The notes beneath the pieces were generated by a model, which was not told where the DNA came from, ran no database searches, and saw only the letters and a program-made list of their open reading frames with translations. A program made the position numbers and the translations under genes. A stretch of DNA of 52,901 bases from a virus: IMG/VR virus record IMGVR_UViG_3300039008_000061, positions 1-52,901 of that record; one strand, given 5' to 3'. Positions 15,615 through 26,652 of the stretch are shown here, one piece after another. The stretch's first letter is position 1; each line of letters begins with the position of its first letter.

Positions 15615-18310
15615 CTAACGTTTACAATACGGGTACAGTATCGGTTGAAACAAACTCCAATATAGTTACAGGTACTGATACATTTTTTCAGACGGTAGGA
15701 AATGTTTCAGAAGGAGATTTGTTCACGCTGGATGGAAAGATCTTTTTTGAAATTTACCAGATTGATACTGACAGCCAGCTACGTATTAAAGGTCGCTTAG
15801 ACGAACTGCCGTATGGTGGTGAGCCTGTAAATGGCGTTCAATACTCCATCATTCAAAGCTTTGCCAAAGCACCAATAGCTGAAGTCGCACAAAACGTTGT
15901 GTTGTTACAGCAAAAGTGGCATCAGCGTGAAGAGGAAATGACGGGGTGGTTTAGCTCAGAAAATAACTTCTACGAAATCACCAATATAAATGGTCAAAAG
16001 ATCCCAGTCATCACGCCAACGGGTATCAACAACCTTGTTGATGGAACAATCAATATTAATGATTTTGGCTTTCCAGAAGCAAGAGAAAGTCAGGCTGGCG
16101 ATCTCAATAACTTTCCTCATGGTAATTTCTATACGCTAGAAATGGCGCTAGCACATCAACCGGTAGAGTTTTCGAACGGTAGAAAGCTGGTATTTACCAA
16201 TAAGAATGAACTCCTTTTCTATCAACAAATCGTTGAACTAGCTACAGGTGAAGCGCGTTATCGTGTAGGAACGAATGCGGAAAGCGCATTGGTATGGTCT
16301 CGCTTTTCCAGCAATGGCGAACCGGTAACGGTAAACTGGAATAATGTTGAAGGCAAATCAGTAACCGCAACTCGGTGGCCCTACTTTACTGAAGTGAAAG
16401 GGGATATAGCTGACGTTCTTCCAGAGACAGCGACTCGCTTTCCGACCATGGAAGAAGTAGAAGGCAGAGCGTCCTTACAGCAAATGCCAGAGCAACTTTA
16501 TGTTGATATCGATAGCATAAAGTTGAGCGTAGAAGATATTGACGGTCGATTTGAGAGCTATGAAGCGGAAACGCTACCAATAATCGCCGCCTTTAATGAT
16601 GAAGACATACTTGCTAAGGCAAATCGTGCCGCCTCGTTTATTAATGATCAAGCTGGAACAATACAAGACGTAGTTCAAAGTTTTGAGCAGAACATAGGCC
16701 TTGTTGAAAGCTCTATTAGCGATGTTCAACAACAGGTAGATAGCCTGGGCATTACTGAGCAGGTAGCGGGGCTCGCCTCACAGCAAATACAAACCTACGA
16801 TGTGCAAGCGGCACTGCTTCAGCAGGCAGTAAATGACTTATCCGCTTATATGGATGAAGCCGAAACCAGCCAATCTTTTGCACTAGCGGTTAACCAGCTT
16901 CAGATTGATGTTTCGCCTGAAGGCTCTCTCGCTAAAGATATTGGTGAGTTACAAGCGGTCACACTATCAAACGGTAATGCGATAACCGCGGCCAATAAGC
17001 GCTTATCTCAAGTTGAGACAGATGCCGAGGGTAATGCCAGTGCAATAGAGCAATTAAACCTTAGCGTATCGGGTTTGAGTGGCAACTTGACCGGAGTACT
17101 ATCCCGTCTTGACTCTGTTGAAGTAACTGCGAACGGAACCGCTACCGCGTTTAGCGCCGTTCAGGCCAAAGTGCAAGACAGTCAAAAAGGAAACGATGCA
17201 CTATTTACCTTTGCTCAGCAGATTGAAGTTACTGCGGATAATGCCAAAGAAGGCGCTGATGTTGCCAACTACGCAGTTAACCAACTCACCAACCAAGTTA
17301 ACAATAGTGTCACAGGCTTAAGTGCTACTAATGACATTGCGCAACAAGCAAAGGTTAAATCTGATGCAAATGCCAGCGCTTTAACAGGCATTAGGTCTAC
17401 CGCTGAAAGCGCAGAAGGTAAAGCATCAAGCGCCCTCACGTTAGCGTCAGACGTTAATACTGAACTAGAAGAGTATCGTGCAGTGGCACAGCTAGCGGTT
17501 GATTCCAACGGGAATGTCGCACTGATACAGCTAGGCTCAACACCGGATGTTTCAGAAATAATCTTCAAGTCGATGCGAGTCATTTATCAAAATAGCCAAG
17601 GTAAACCTCGGTTGTATTTCGACGTGGACGAAGATGACTATATCTTCAACGGCACACTGCGCTCAAACGCATCTGAGAATATCGGCACAAATCACATGGA
17701 GCTTTCAAATCCGAATGGTTTTGGGCCAGACAACCTAACGTATTACTTCGGCCCAAAATTTATGTCGGGCAGCAAGCCTGATTACGCTAAAGCAAAAAAA
17801 TCGAATGCTACACAATGGCGAGATGCGGCTGGAGACAGTTACTTTGGCGGTAGTTTGAGCGCCGGTGTACTCAGCAATTCAGCGCGTTCTACAGTCTTGA
17901 CTTTAAACCCATCTGTAGAGGTAGGGCCATTTGGTACGAACGGTAACAATAAAAGCGTGGTGTTCGGTGTTAGTTGGTCGGGCGATTCCACTTCTGACGG
18001 GGCGTGTAATAACGGCTCCGTAGTGCCTTCTTGTACAGTTACGCTACAACGGAAAATAGGCTCTGGTGGGTGGCAAACAATACAGACTCGCGAGATGCAA
18101 GGCTCCACGAACCACACCTCAATCGAAATTGAAGGCCAGCCAACGCGTTGCAGAAACATCGAAAGGGCGGGAGAAAGCTGGACATATACCGACACGAATT
18201 CTAGCTCGAGTAATTTTAGCTATAGAGTTCTCGTATCTTCACAAACTCGCTGGCATGCACAGCAATTCATTGACACCCAATCTGTCACGCTGATTAGTAC
18301 AGAGGAATAA
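15611..18310 (+). CDS. Tail fibre/needle-like protein with long coiled-coil shaft
   Basis: 899 aa. The central Ala/Gln/Ser/Asn-rich repetitive helical segment (aa ~330-640) is typical of fibre shafts. Confidence 0.5.
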   Translation: MTNVYNTGTVSVETNSNIVTGTDTFFQTVGNVSEGDLFTLDGKIFFEIYQIDTDSQLRIKGRLDELPYGGEPVNGVQYSIIQSFAKAPIAEVAQNVVLLQQKWHQREEEMTGWFSSENNFYEITNINGQKIPVITPTGINNLVDGTININDFGFPEARESQAGDLNNFPHGNFYTLEMALAHQPVEFSNGRKLVFTNKNELLFYQQIVELATGEARYRVGTNAESALVWSRFSSNGEPVTVNWNNVEGKSVTATRWPYFTEVKGDIADVLPETATRFPTMEEVEGRASLQQMPEQLYVDIDSIKLSVEDIDGRFESYEAETLPIIAAFNDEDILAKANRAASFINDQAGTIQDVVQSFEQNIGLVESSISDVQQQVDSLGITEQVAGLASQQIQTYDVQAALLQQAVNDLSAYMDEAETSQSFALAVNQLQIDVSPEGSLAKDIGELQAVTLSNGNAITAANKRLSQVETDAEGNASAIEQLNLSVSGLSGNLTGVLSRLDSVEVTANGTATAFSAVQAKVQDSQKGNDALFTFAQQIEVTADNAKEGADVANYAVNQLTNQVNNSVTGLSATNDIAQQAKVKSDANASALTGIRSTAESAEGKASSALTLASDVNTELEEYRAVAQLAVDSNGNVALIQLGSTPDVSEIIFKSMRVIYQNSQGKPRLYFDVDEDDYIFNGTLRSNASENIGTNHMELSNPNGFGPDNLTYYFGPKFMSGSKPDYAKAKKSNATQWRDAAGDSYFGGSLSAGVLSNSARSTVLTLNPSVEVGPFGTNGNNKSVVFGVSWSGDSTSDGACNNGSVVPSCTVTLQRKIGSGGWQTIQTREMQGSTNHTSIEIEGQPTRCRNIERAGESWTYTDTNSSSSNFSYRVLVSSQTRWHAQQFIDTQSVTLISTEE

Positions 18311-18314
18311 TAAA

Positions 18315-19394
18315 ATGACAGCAACATTTTGGACGGGCTCTAGCTTGTCTTTTACTAATGGCAGTAAAACAGTAACGGTTAATACGGGGCCAAGTCTGGA
18401 TAGTGTAAAAGCTAATTCATCATTAACCGCTGGAAACTACAACGAACCGGTAGAGGTGAAGTCGGTAAGTGGGAACACCATTACGCTTTACAATAACTGG
18501 CCTGGCAGCACTGGAACCTCATCAGCCACAATCAAACCAAGCGCCGCAGCAGCCGCTTCAGCAGGCGTAGCAGCGCAGCAGCTAATAACTGAAATTCAAT
18601 CTCTAGTCAGTAGTGCCAGCGTAACCGCAACGGCGAATAGCTTTGTTAAGCGTGATTCAAATGGCCGAATTAAAGCCTCTTCACCTAGCGCCAATGATGA
18701 TGTTGTTAATAAGGGATACTTTCAAAGTGCCGCAGGTTTAAATGCGGCCGGCATATTTCATAGCGGCAACTCCGTTAACCCTTTGGATTATGGGCTATGT
18801 CGTGTGGTGACGGGACCTATAATAGATGGAGATAAGATAGCTAAAAATGACTTAAACACACCATCACAACCTACACAGGCTTTTGTATTTGACTCTGATA
18901 CAGTTAATCGTCCTGTAACGCATTATGGCGGCATAGTAACTAATGGAGTGGGATTAACAATATCTAGAGCGGATAATATATGGGGTCAAATCACTATATC
19001 TAGAAGCTCAGGGAATCTTGGCGAAACTGTCATCCGCGCTAAAGACGGCTCAATCGTTAAAGAGCGTACTGTTTTCGATAGCGGCAACACTAACTTTAAT
19101 AAGTTTGTATTTAACGTTAATGACATAAAACATTTGGTCAGAAGAAATAGCTCATACGTTCAGATGGAACTTCAAGTACCTTTCACGCCAGCAAGCGCAA
19201 CAGTTAGTGGCACTGTGAGCATAAAGTCTGTGAACTCAGGCGTAACTGTAGCGTCAGGGTTAACGTTAAGAATGTCTAGCAATTCCAGTTCTAATGTAGC
19301 CCTTTTAGAGACAGATTCATCAGGGGCTTTTCCTTCTGGGGATACTTATTATTTAGTGCCTGAGACCACTCTTACTATAACTATTAACGGATAA
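18315..19394 (+). CDS. Tail fibre-like protein
   Basis: 359 aa, with an Ala-rich linker SAAAAASAGVAAQQL and a Ser/Thr/Asn-rich beta-type C-terminal part. Confidence 0.45.
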   Translation: MTATFWTGSSLSFTNGSKTVTVNTGPSLDSVKANSSLTAGNYNEPVEVKSVSGNTITLYNNWPGSTGTSSATIKPSAAAAASAGVAAQQLITEIQSLVSSASVTATANSFVKRDSNGRIKASSPSANDDVVNKGYFQSAAGLNAAGIFHSGNSVNPLDYGLCRVVTGPIIDGDKIAKNDLNTPSQPTQAFVFDSDTVNRPVTHYGGIVTNGVGLTISRADNIWGQITISRSSGNLGETVIRAKDGSIVKERTVFDSGNTNFNKFVFNVNDIKHLVRRNSSYVQMELQVPFTPASATVSGTVSIKSVNSGVTVASGLTLRMSSNSSSNVALLETDSSGAFPSGDTYYLVPETTLTITING

Positions 19395-19398
19395 AGCA

Positions 19399-19932
19399 AT
19401 GCTACAAATTACATTCGCAAACGAAGATGACTTCTTAAAAGTCGATACATTTAAAGAAGGTGAGGATGGTTCTATCTCATGGGTGTGGAATGAGGGGGAG
19501 GGCAAACCAACTCACTCAGGCTTTATCCGTCAAGGCTTTACCCGCTTTGATTCAGATGGCAATACAATAGATGTATGGAAAACCCTATTATCCAAAGAGG
19601 AATCTGGCGAAATCTTCATTCAGCGACTTACCCAAGAAGATAGAGATAGCATTGCCCAACAAGAGCAAATTAACCAATTCAAAGCCAATCGCCAACTTCT
19701 ACTAGACAGCGCCATTGTTACCACATCCAGCAGCAATAAATATGATGCCGATGAGCAAAGTATATCGCGCATGGCAAACGCCATTTTAGCAGCGCAGCGC
19801 AAAGATTTAACCAATATCCAATGGTCGCTTGCCGATACGCCCACCGGTGTAATGACTGATGTGACTCTTGCAGATTTAGAAGAGGCGCACGAACTTGCAG
19901 TAGAGAACATGGCGAGTATTTGGAGTATTTAA
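19399..19932 (+). CDS. DUF4376-like fibre-associated protein
   Basis: The C-terminal ...YDADEQSISRMANAIL......W.LAD pattern is seen in fibre-associated DUF4376 proteins. Tentative. Confidence 0.4.
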   Translation: MLQITFANEDDFLKVDTFKEGEDGSISWVWNEGEGKPTHSGFIRQGFTRFDSDGNTIDVWKTLLSKEESGEIFIQRLTQEDRDSIAQQEQINQFKANRQLLLDSAIVTTSSSNKYDADEQSISRMANAILAAQRKDLTNIQWSLADTPTGVMTDVTLADLEEAHELAVENMASIWSI

Positions 19933-19966
19933 CATTGCTCACAAATAACTTTAAACAAATTATTAA

Positions 19967-19995
19967 GCAGGCTTGTAATTGCCTGTTGATTTTAT
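19967..19995 (+). terminator. Weak intrinsic terminator candidate
   Basis: GCAGGC (19967-72) pairs with GCCTGT (19981-86), followed by TGATTTTAT. Confidence 0.3.
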
Positions 19996-20003
19996 AGGGG
20001 CTG

Positions 20004-21740
20004 ATGATGGCAATTCTCTTCCGCGACACTTTTACAGAAGTATCAGACGTAAATTTAATCGACCACACCCCAGAGCAAGGTGGTTCATGGCTTTACGAGG
20101 CTGGCGTACCCAATGGCGCTGCACAAGTGCTAGATAACGGCAGGCTTAGGTTAAATGGCGGCACGGCAACAAACGTAGCATACCTAGACAATACGGGCTT
20201 GGCCGGCGGGTACATAAGGTTTACGCCGATAGCAAATAATGCATCATCATTGGTGCATGTTGCAATTAGATACCAAGATATATCTAATTACTATTATATG
20301 TTCAGGTCTGGAAGCACAGGCATCGGCATAGCCAAAATAGTTGGCGGCACAGAAACAATTATATTTTCTGACACAAGCTATGTTTCTGGCAGGGATTACG
20401 CAATAGAGGATGATGGCTCAACTATCACTTTTGTTTACTACGATAACGGCGTTAGAAATGTCATACACACCGCAGCAAGCGAAACGGATTTGGCTAGCCA
20501 AACTGGTAAAGGCTTTGTTATTAAGTCTTCTGCAAACCAAGTTGCAGCGGATGCTTACGAATCGGGAACGCTTGAGTCGCCATCTGGTTTAACAATCAAC
20601 TCGCTATCAGATTACAACGCTAAGCCGCGCGACGCTAACGGCAATGCAGTTTTTACGGTGTCTGGCGAATGTCCCGACCCTACAAGCGCGGTTGAATACA
20701 GTTTAGACGAAACTACGTGGTTAACATTGGATGCAACACCAAGCGCAGGCACATACACTGGTGACGTAACCGTAAACGGTCAACAAAATATATTTGTTCG
20801 CTCTGCCGATGACAATCAGTTAGGTGCAAGCGTGACGGGAATTACATCAGCGATGTCTATTGTGTTGTGGGGACAATCAGGCTGTGATGGTAGAGGTATA
20901 AACAATCAAGGGGTCGCAACAGGTGCAATCGTACCCCTGATGTACAAGGGTGGCGCTATCACACAAATGGCAGACCCTACGGGAATCACTGGCGATTCGG
21001 CGGGCAGTTTGTGGCCTCTTGTTGTTAAATACTTCATAGACCAAGGCATCCCCGTCGTGATGGCTAACGTAGCCCAAGGTGGTACAACCGTTTCACAATG
21101 GCAGCCTAGCACATCGCTAAATAATCGCATAGTTGATTTCGCCACTAACTTTGGAGCGCCAGAACTAGCTATAAGTATTATCGGTGAAACTGATAGCAAT
21201 GGGACAACTAAAGCAACATTTAAGTCTGAGTATTTAAATATTGTTCAGACGTTAAATACAAATTACGGTACAGAGTGCTACGCGGTTAAATTTCCTGTTG
21301 GTTCATCCACAAGCACTGCTACACAGTCAGAAATACGCGAAGCTTACGACGAGCTAATTGCAGAGAATGAGTTTATCAAGTTTGGTGGTGATTTATCTGT
21401 AATCGATATCGATACGGGTACAGGCCATGACTCTCTGCACTTAAAAACAGACGAACACTTGGCGGAAGGTGATGCGATTATACGAGCTGCTCTTGCTGGG
21501 TTAGTTTCTGAGATAACTCTTGATATTGGCGCCCCAGATGGAAATTATCACCTGTATTTGACGCAAGGTAACCAAGGGAGTGTAAGTAAAGTTTATGATG
21601 GCGCGGCCACATTCTCAGGCGGCAGTACAACAATTTCAGGTTTGCCAGTTGCTGCAGGAACTCTTATTAGAGGGTTTGTGGATAGCAGCGATACGCCTGC
21701 GCTAGACACTGGTGATGGAGTTAAAGGGGTAACAGTCTGA
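20004..21740 (+). CDS. Tail protein with C-terminal SGNH/SASA-type carbohydrate esterase domain
   Basis: VLWGQSGCDGRG (GQSN-type block I) and ANVAQGGTTVSQW are present. The N-terminal half is lectin-like (tentative). Confidence 0.6.
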   Translation: MMAILFRDTFTEVSDVNLIDHTPEQGGSWLYEAGVPNGAAQVLDNGRLRLNGGTATNVAYLDNTGLAGGYIRFTPIANNASSLVHVAIRYQDISNYYYMFRSGSTGIGIAKIVGGTETIIFSDTSYVSGRDYAIEDDGSTITFVYYDNGVRNVIHTAASETDLASQTGKGFVIKSSANQVAADAYESGTLESPSGLTINSLSDYNAKPRDANGNAVFTVSGECPDPTSAVEYSLDETTWLTLDATPSAGTYTGDVTVNGQQNIFVRSADDNQLGASVTGITSAMSIVLWGQSGCDGRGINNQGVATGAIVPLMYKGGAITQMADPTGITGDSAGSLWPLVVKYFIDQGIPVVMANVAQGGTTVSQWQPSTSLNNRIVDFATNFGAPELAISIIGETDSNGTTKATFKSEYLNIVQTLNTNYGTECYAVKFPVGSSTSTATQSEIREAYDELIAENEFIKFGGDLSVIDIDTGTGHDSLHLKTDEHLAEGDAIIRAALAGLVSEITLDIGAPDGNYHLYLTQGNQGSVSKVYDGAATFSGGSTTISGLPVAAGTLIRGFVDSSDTPALDTGDGVKGVTV

Positions 21741-22558
21741 TGGCCTTTAATCAGTGGGGTACATTTAACCAGTGGGGTGAACAAACGCCTCCTCAAGATA
21801 CTACCGCTCCGATAGTAACCAATAACGGGTCAGCTACACTTACAATCATAGTGGGTGATAGTTATACGCCGGATTTCAGCACCAATGAAGGTACACTGAG
21901 CATTGATAATCCCGTAGATACCAATACTCCCGATACATACACAGTGACAGCGACAGCAATTGACGCAGCAGGAAATGTCGGTTCAGCAACACAAACTGTT
22001 ATCGTTGAAGAAGCGCAGCAAGTTAATCAACCCCCCACCGCAAACGCTGGCCCCGACCAATCAGTTGCAGCTGGTGTACTTGTTCAAGTTAGCGCATCAG
22101 CCAGCATTGACGGTGATGGCACAATTGTAGGTTACAAGTGGCGTGAAACTACTAACAGTGGCATTACGCTATCAAGTACGACTGCTGAAAACATTAGCTT
22201 TACTTCACCAGTGTCAGACACAGCGCAAACAGTGACATTAGAACTTATTGTTACCGATGACGATGGCGTAGATTCGGCACCTGTGTATGTGGACTTCAAT
22301 GTTGCTGCAGAGGTGGTTGCGCCAACCCTTGAAACCCTATCCATTGAAATAAAAGGCAGCGGAACGGGATCGCATGAGGTAACCGTATTCCTCGCAAGCG
22401 ATATTTCAACGCCTATTTATTCTGGTTTGGCTACTTTCGTGAATGACCGAATGGTAGTTGAAAGCTCTGATTTTAGTTCAGGCCAGCAGGTCGTTGGGCT
22501 TTGGCTAGGCAATAACTACCCTGCTACGGGTGGCGCATTTTACGGGGTAGTATCGTAA
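21740..22558 (+). CDS. Ig-like + PKD-domain protein
   Basis: PPTANAGPDQSV....V.VSASASIDGDGTIVGYKW is a PKD signature. An Ig-like segment YTVTATAIDAAGNVG precedes it. Confidence 0.65.
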   Translation: MAFNQWGTFNQWGEQTPPQDTTAPIVTNNGSATLTIIVGDSYTPDFSTNEGTLSIDNPVDTNTPDTYTVTATAIDAAGNVGSATQTVIVEEAQQVNQPPTANAGPDQSVAAGVLVQVSASASIDGDGTIVGYKWRETTNSGITLSSTTAENISFTSPVSDTAQTVTLELIVTDDDGVDSAPVYVDFNVAAEVVAPTLETLSIEIKGSGTGSHEVTVFLASDISTPIYSGLATFVNDRMVVESSDFSSGQQVVGLWLGNNYPATGGAFYGVVS

Positions 22559-23019
22559 TGACTTGGAACGTGTCTGGAAGTTGGAACATAACTGAGGGTT
22601 ATCTTTTCGATGACACCATTGATTACATCAGAATAAGCAGCGGTACAGGTACGGTGAAAGACTATGCGTTGGAGCAGGTTTCGCTTTACCAATATTCCGA
22701 TAACTTCATTCTTTGTAATGTGACTAACGACAAAAACGAAGTGCTGGACCCATCTTTATTTAAAGAGGCAGAGTACCGAATCACTGATACGCGTGGTGCC
22801 AATGTTTTTACTGCTACGCTTGGTAATGGTTTGTCAGTGCTTGGTGATGCCTTTCAAATTCACATTAACGATGAAGTGCTGAACAAGTCTCACAAGGGTT
22901 CGTTCAAGCATCAGTTCGTTGTGTGGAGTCAATCGGGCTATAAGTTGCCGCCTGTATTTGGCGGGAAAGTTAGCATCGTTAGCGTATTAGAGCCATTGCA
23001 ATCAGAGCCAACAGCATGA
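22558..23019 (+). CDS. Hypothetical tail-module protein
   Basis: 153-aa ORF with TAATG overlap. Confidence 0.55.
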   Translation: MTWNVSGSWNITEGYLFDDTIDYIRISSGTGTVKDYALEQVSLYQYSDNFILCNVTNDKNEVLDPSLFKEAEYRITDTRGANVFTATLGNGLSVLGDAFQIHINDEVLNKSHKGSFKHQFVVWSQSGYKLPPVFGGKVSIVSVLEPLQSEPTA

Positions 23020-24671
23020 AAATAGCCGTATCAGCGTTTAAGGGGCAGAACAACGCGTTCGCCCCTCGCTTGATTAATACCGAGCAAGCGCAAAAAGCCA
23101 GTAATTGTATTGTGAGAAATGGAAATCTCACGCCGAGAAAAGGGAATAGCGTTGTAACGCCAGCGCCTACTATCGCTAACAATGCAAAAACTATTTTCCT
23201 TTACAAGGGAACGCATTGGTTTAGCTGGCCTAAAAACGTTGATGTGGTTGACAGCCCTATTGCAGAGGATGAATATGACAGGGCGTACTATACCGGTGAT
23301 GGCGTACCACGCTATACAAACAGCAGCATTGCCACTGGTGCAGGCGTACAGCCATTTGCTAACAATACGTTGGGGCTTGATAGCCCTGACGCGTTCAGTG
23401 CTAGCGTGACTTACCACGACCAATCTAATGACTTAAATGGTCGAGACCCTAACGACTTTGAAGCAGAGCCTGAGAGTGGTTATTTAAACTTAGAAACCGA
23501 TGATGACGAAACGCGCTTTTATGTTTGCACTTACGTAACCGATTTTGGGGAGGAGAGTGCGCCTAGTGTTGTATCACAAGAGATAAATATCTTCTGTGAA
23601 GATGACAGCGTAACGCTTACGTTCTCAGATACTGGTGGCTTTGGTACGCAGAAAATAAACCGCAGGCGCATTTATCGAAGCGCAACTTCCGGTGATGTGA
23701 CGGAGTTTTTCTTAGTCGATGAATTACCCGTTTCAACTGACACCTACACAGACACTAAATCTATTTATGAGTTGGGCGCCGAACTTGAAACTGAAGAGTA
23801 CGCGAAGCCACCTGAAAACATGAAAGGGCTTATTGCTACCTCTAATGGTGTAGTTATTGGTTTTGTGGGCAATACCGTAGTACCAAGTGAGCCTTACTTG
23901 CCTTACGCGTACCCGCTAGCCTACCGTCAAACGCTACAAGATAAAGTGGTGGCAATGGCTGAAATGAGTTCGGGCGTGGTCATCGCCACCGAAGACAAAC
24001 CGGTCATTATGCAAGGAACGCTACCCGATAGCTTTACAATGACGGTCATAGACGCTGCGTTACCGTGTGTTTCTAAGCGCTCAATGGTGGATATGGGTGA
24101 GGCGGCAATATACGCCAGTCACGAAGGGCTTGTATCTATCTCCCAAGGTGGCGCACAACTTATCACTAAAGATTTACTGAGCGAGGATTACTGGCAATCG
24201 CTTGACCCCAGCACAGTGCAGGGTTACCGCTACAATGAGTTTTACGTAGGCTTTTATGGTGGCAATGCAGGCTTTGTGTTTGATTTGCGCCGTGGTGACT
24301 TTTTTGAATTGGACTTTTACGCGGATGCCGGCCACTTTGATTCCGCAAGCGGTACGCTCTACCTGATGGTGAATGGCGAGCTTGTTAAGTTTGACGAGGG
24401 CAGTGCGCTTGAATATGAGTGGACTTCAAAGCAGTTCAACATAAACGAGTTTACGCTTTCTTGCATGAAAGTCTTTGCACCAAGCATAGTCAATACAAGC
24501 ATTACGCTTTACGCAGATGGCGCGGAGTTCGCGAGCTTCCCAATAACAGGCGTAGATCCGTTCTTTCGTCTTCCAGCCTTTCGGGCCTCGCGACTTCATA
24601 TAAGCATATCTGGCAGCGATGAAATAGAAAGTATTGCGCTTGCTTCTTCCCCAGGTGAATTGAATGGCTAA
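23016..24671 (+). CDS. Tail structural protein (putative)
   Basis: 551 aa, with ATGA overlap upstream and an 8-nt overlap downstream. Assigned by position only. Confidence 0.45.
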   Translation: MKIAVSAFKGQNNAFAPRLINTEQAQKASNCIVRNGNLTPRKGNSVVTPAPTIANNAKTIFLYKGTHWFSWPKNVDVVDSPIAEDEYDRAYYTGDGVPRYTNSSIATGAGVQPFANNTLGLDSPDAFSASVTYHDQSNDLNGRDPNDFEAEPESGYLNLETDDDETRFYVCTYVTDFGEESAPSVVSQEINIFCEDDSVTLTFSDTGGFGTQKINRRRIYRSATSGDVTEFFLVDELPVSTDTYTDTKSIYELGAELETEEYAKPPENMKGLIATSNGVVIGFVGNTVVPSEPYLPYAYPLAYRQTLQDKVVAMAEMSSGVVIATEDKPVIMQGTLPDSFTMTVIDAALPCVSKRSMVDMGEAAIYASHEGLVSISQGGAQLITKDLLSEDYWQSLDPSTVQGYRYNEFYVGFYGGNAGFVFDLRRGDFFELDFYADAGHFDSASGTLYLMVNGELVKFDEGSALEYEWTSKQFNINEFTLSCMKVFAPSIVNTSITLYADGAEFASFPITGVDPFFRLPAFRASRLHISISGSDEIESIALASSPGELNG

Positions 24672-26652
24672 AAATAAAAAAGCGTTCTTAGGCGTAGGCG
24701 GCAAGCCAAAATTCTCACAGCCTGACCAGCAAAAGCACATTGATTCCGTTTCTAAAAACATTGCCATTCTTACTGGGCAAACCAAAAACACTAAAGACAG
24801 GGCGGTATTGGTTCGCGATTTAATGGACTTTGGCTTACTTGATGCGCGAGGCAGGTTCACTGGTGGCGGTGGCACTACGATAGTTGGCGGCGGGAATAAC
24901 GGCGGCGGCATTGTAAACCCTGACCCTGAAGCACCAGTTAAGCCGATTAACGTAAGAGCGTCAGCGGCGTTTACTACAATCATGGTGCAATGGGATTTCC
25001 CTAACTACGCAGGGCATAAACACGCGGAGATATGGCGCAACACAGTAGATGCGCTAGGCGATATGGCAGACCCACGCACGGAGGGTGAGGCGGTGCTTGT
25101 TGCTACCGTGGCAGGCTCTATGTATATGGACAGCGTATTGCCCGAAACAGGGTATTACTACTGGGTTCGCTTTGTTAATGATGACGGTTTAGCGGGGCCA
25201 GTTCATAGCCCAAGTGGTGTTTACGCAGAAACCTTGCCTGACATTGATACGGTAATTGAGGACTTTCAGCAAGAAAGCCTTGCGACATTGGAAACGTTTC
25301 AGCAAGGCTTTAATAGTCAAATAGCAGACATGCAGCAGATCATGGATGACTTTGACTTTACGCAGAAGACCATTTTAATCAATGAGCATGGTGAAGAAAT
25401 CGAAGCCTTAGCAACTGGCTTGTTTGAGCAAGTTGTTACCACAGAAAACAATTATGAAAGCTGGGCAGCGGAGTTATATTCGCTTCAAACTTCGTTCCTT
25501 CAAAGTGACGGTACGCTTACGAGTTCATTTATCAATAAAATGGCGCAAGTGCTAGCTGGCACTAACGGCATGATAGCAGGCGAGATAGCGACATACAATG
25601 TCACTTATGGTGGTAACACATACACATTAGCTGAAGGTATACAGGTTAGTGTGGATATTAATGGCGAGTACACAAAACAGTGGGGCGTTCAGTCCGAAGT
25701 AGGAGATTTACAGCACGGCGTAGGTTTCATTGATGATAATGGCACCACCACCTTTATGGTATCAACCGATAACTTTGCCGTATTTAATCCCGTTAATGGC
25801 GAGTGGGAAGCGATATTTGGCGTGCGCGATGGCCGTGTCGTTATAACTGAGGCAATCATAGGTAATGCCATTTTAGAAACATTAGCCGTTCAGTTTAAGG
25901 CTACATTCGAAGGCGAGGTTATCGTTAATGGTGAATTGGACGCTTGGAAGCTAAAAGGCGCTCAGATTACAGGTAACGCACTTTGGATGGTGAACGGCAA
26001 TCATTCACTTGCAATTGAACCCGATGACTTTCTAGCATTCTGGTACGGCGAAGCCGTTTATTACAACGTTGAAACCAATACGGATAACCGCTCGTTGGGT
26101 AACGCTAAATTTGCTCTTATGAATAACGGGCGAGTTTTGGCGCGTGGCATGGAGTTGTACGACAACGACAATAACTTGATCATGGATGCTGATGGCGTAG
26201 ACGGTGTTTATATAAAAGACTTAACCGTTGATACGTTAAAAATCAGAGAAGATGCGGTTACCGTTCCTACCTATATTGAAACAGGGTTTGTCGTAACAGC
26301 TGAGACATGGATAGAGGTCTTGGATTATTCATTTGAAGAAGACTTCCCAATCAACGCACTTTTTAACTTCTCAGTGCTGTGCACCCGGTGGGGCTCAGAC
26401 AGAGAAAAGTTTGATTACGTTAGTCTTGTCATGCGTATTTATGAGAATGGCAATTTGATTGACTCAGTGTCGCTGCCTGATATGTACGCCGAGGACGTAA
26501 GAGGAAAAACGCTATCGCACGGCTTGCCTTTGATGGGCTCTGCTAATGCGCCAAGTGGTAAAGTTCGGGTTGTAGTCGAGGCAAAGGGCGAGGTGCCAAG
26601 TCAGCAGTATCGGTTTAAATTACAGGGCTCTATAACTAATGCAAAACGGTAA
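24664..26652 (+). CDS. Host-specificity/tail-tip-like protein with FN3 domain
   Basis: PINVRASAAFTTIMVQWDFP...GYYYWVRFVNDDG is an FN3-like segment, as found in J-type proteins. Confidence 0.5.
   Translation: MAKNKKAFLGVGGKPKFSQPDQQKHIDSVSKNIAILTGQTKNTKDRAVLVRDLMDFGLLDARGRFTGGGGTTIVGGGNNGGGIVNPDPEAPVKPINVRASAAFTTIMVQWDFPNYAGHKHAEIWRNTVDALGDMADPRTEGEAVLVATVAGSMYMDSVLPETGYYYWVRFVNDDGLAGPVHSPSGVYAETLPDIDTVIEDFQQESLATLETFQQGFNSQIADMQQIMDDFDFTQKTILINEHGEEIEALATGLFEQVVTTENNYESWAAELYSLQTSFLQSDGTLTSSFINKMAQVLAGTNGMIAGEIATYNVTYGGNTYTLAEGIQVSVDINGEYTKQWGVQSEVGDLQHGVGFIDDNGTTTFMVSTDNFAVFNPVNGEWEAIFGVRDGRVVITEAIIGNAILETLAVQFKATFEGEVIVNGELDAWKLKGAQITGNALWMVNGNHSLAIEPDDFLAFWYGEAVYYNVETNTDNRSLGNAKFALMNNGRVLARGMELYDNDNNLIMDADGVDGVYIKDLTVDTLKIREDAVTVPTYIETGFVVTAETWIEVLDYSFEEDFPINALFNFSVLCTRWGSDREKFDYVSLVMRIYENGNLIDSVSLPDMYAEDVRGKTLSHGLPLMGSANAPSGKVRVVVEAKGEVPSQQYRFKLQGSITNAKR

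Noticed and set aside
24426-24983. 185-aa minus-strand ORF
   Set aside because: It is antisense to two structural genes. Its Pro/Gly runs mirror the Gly-rich sense sequence.
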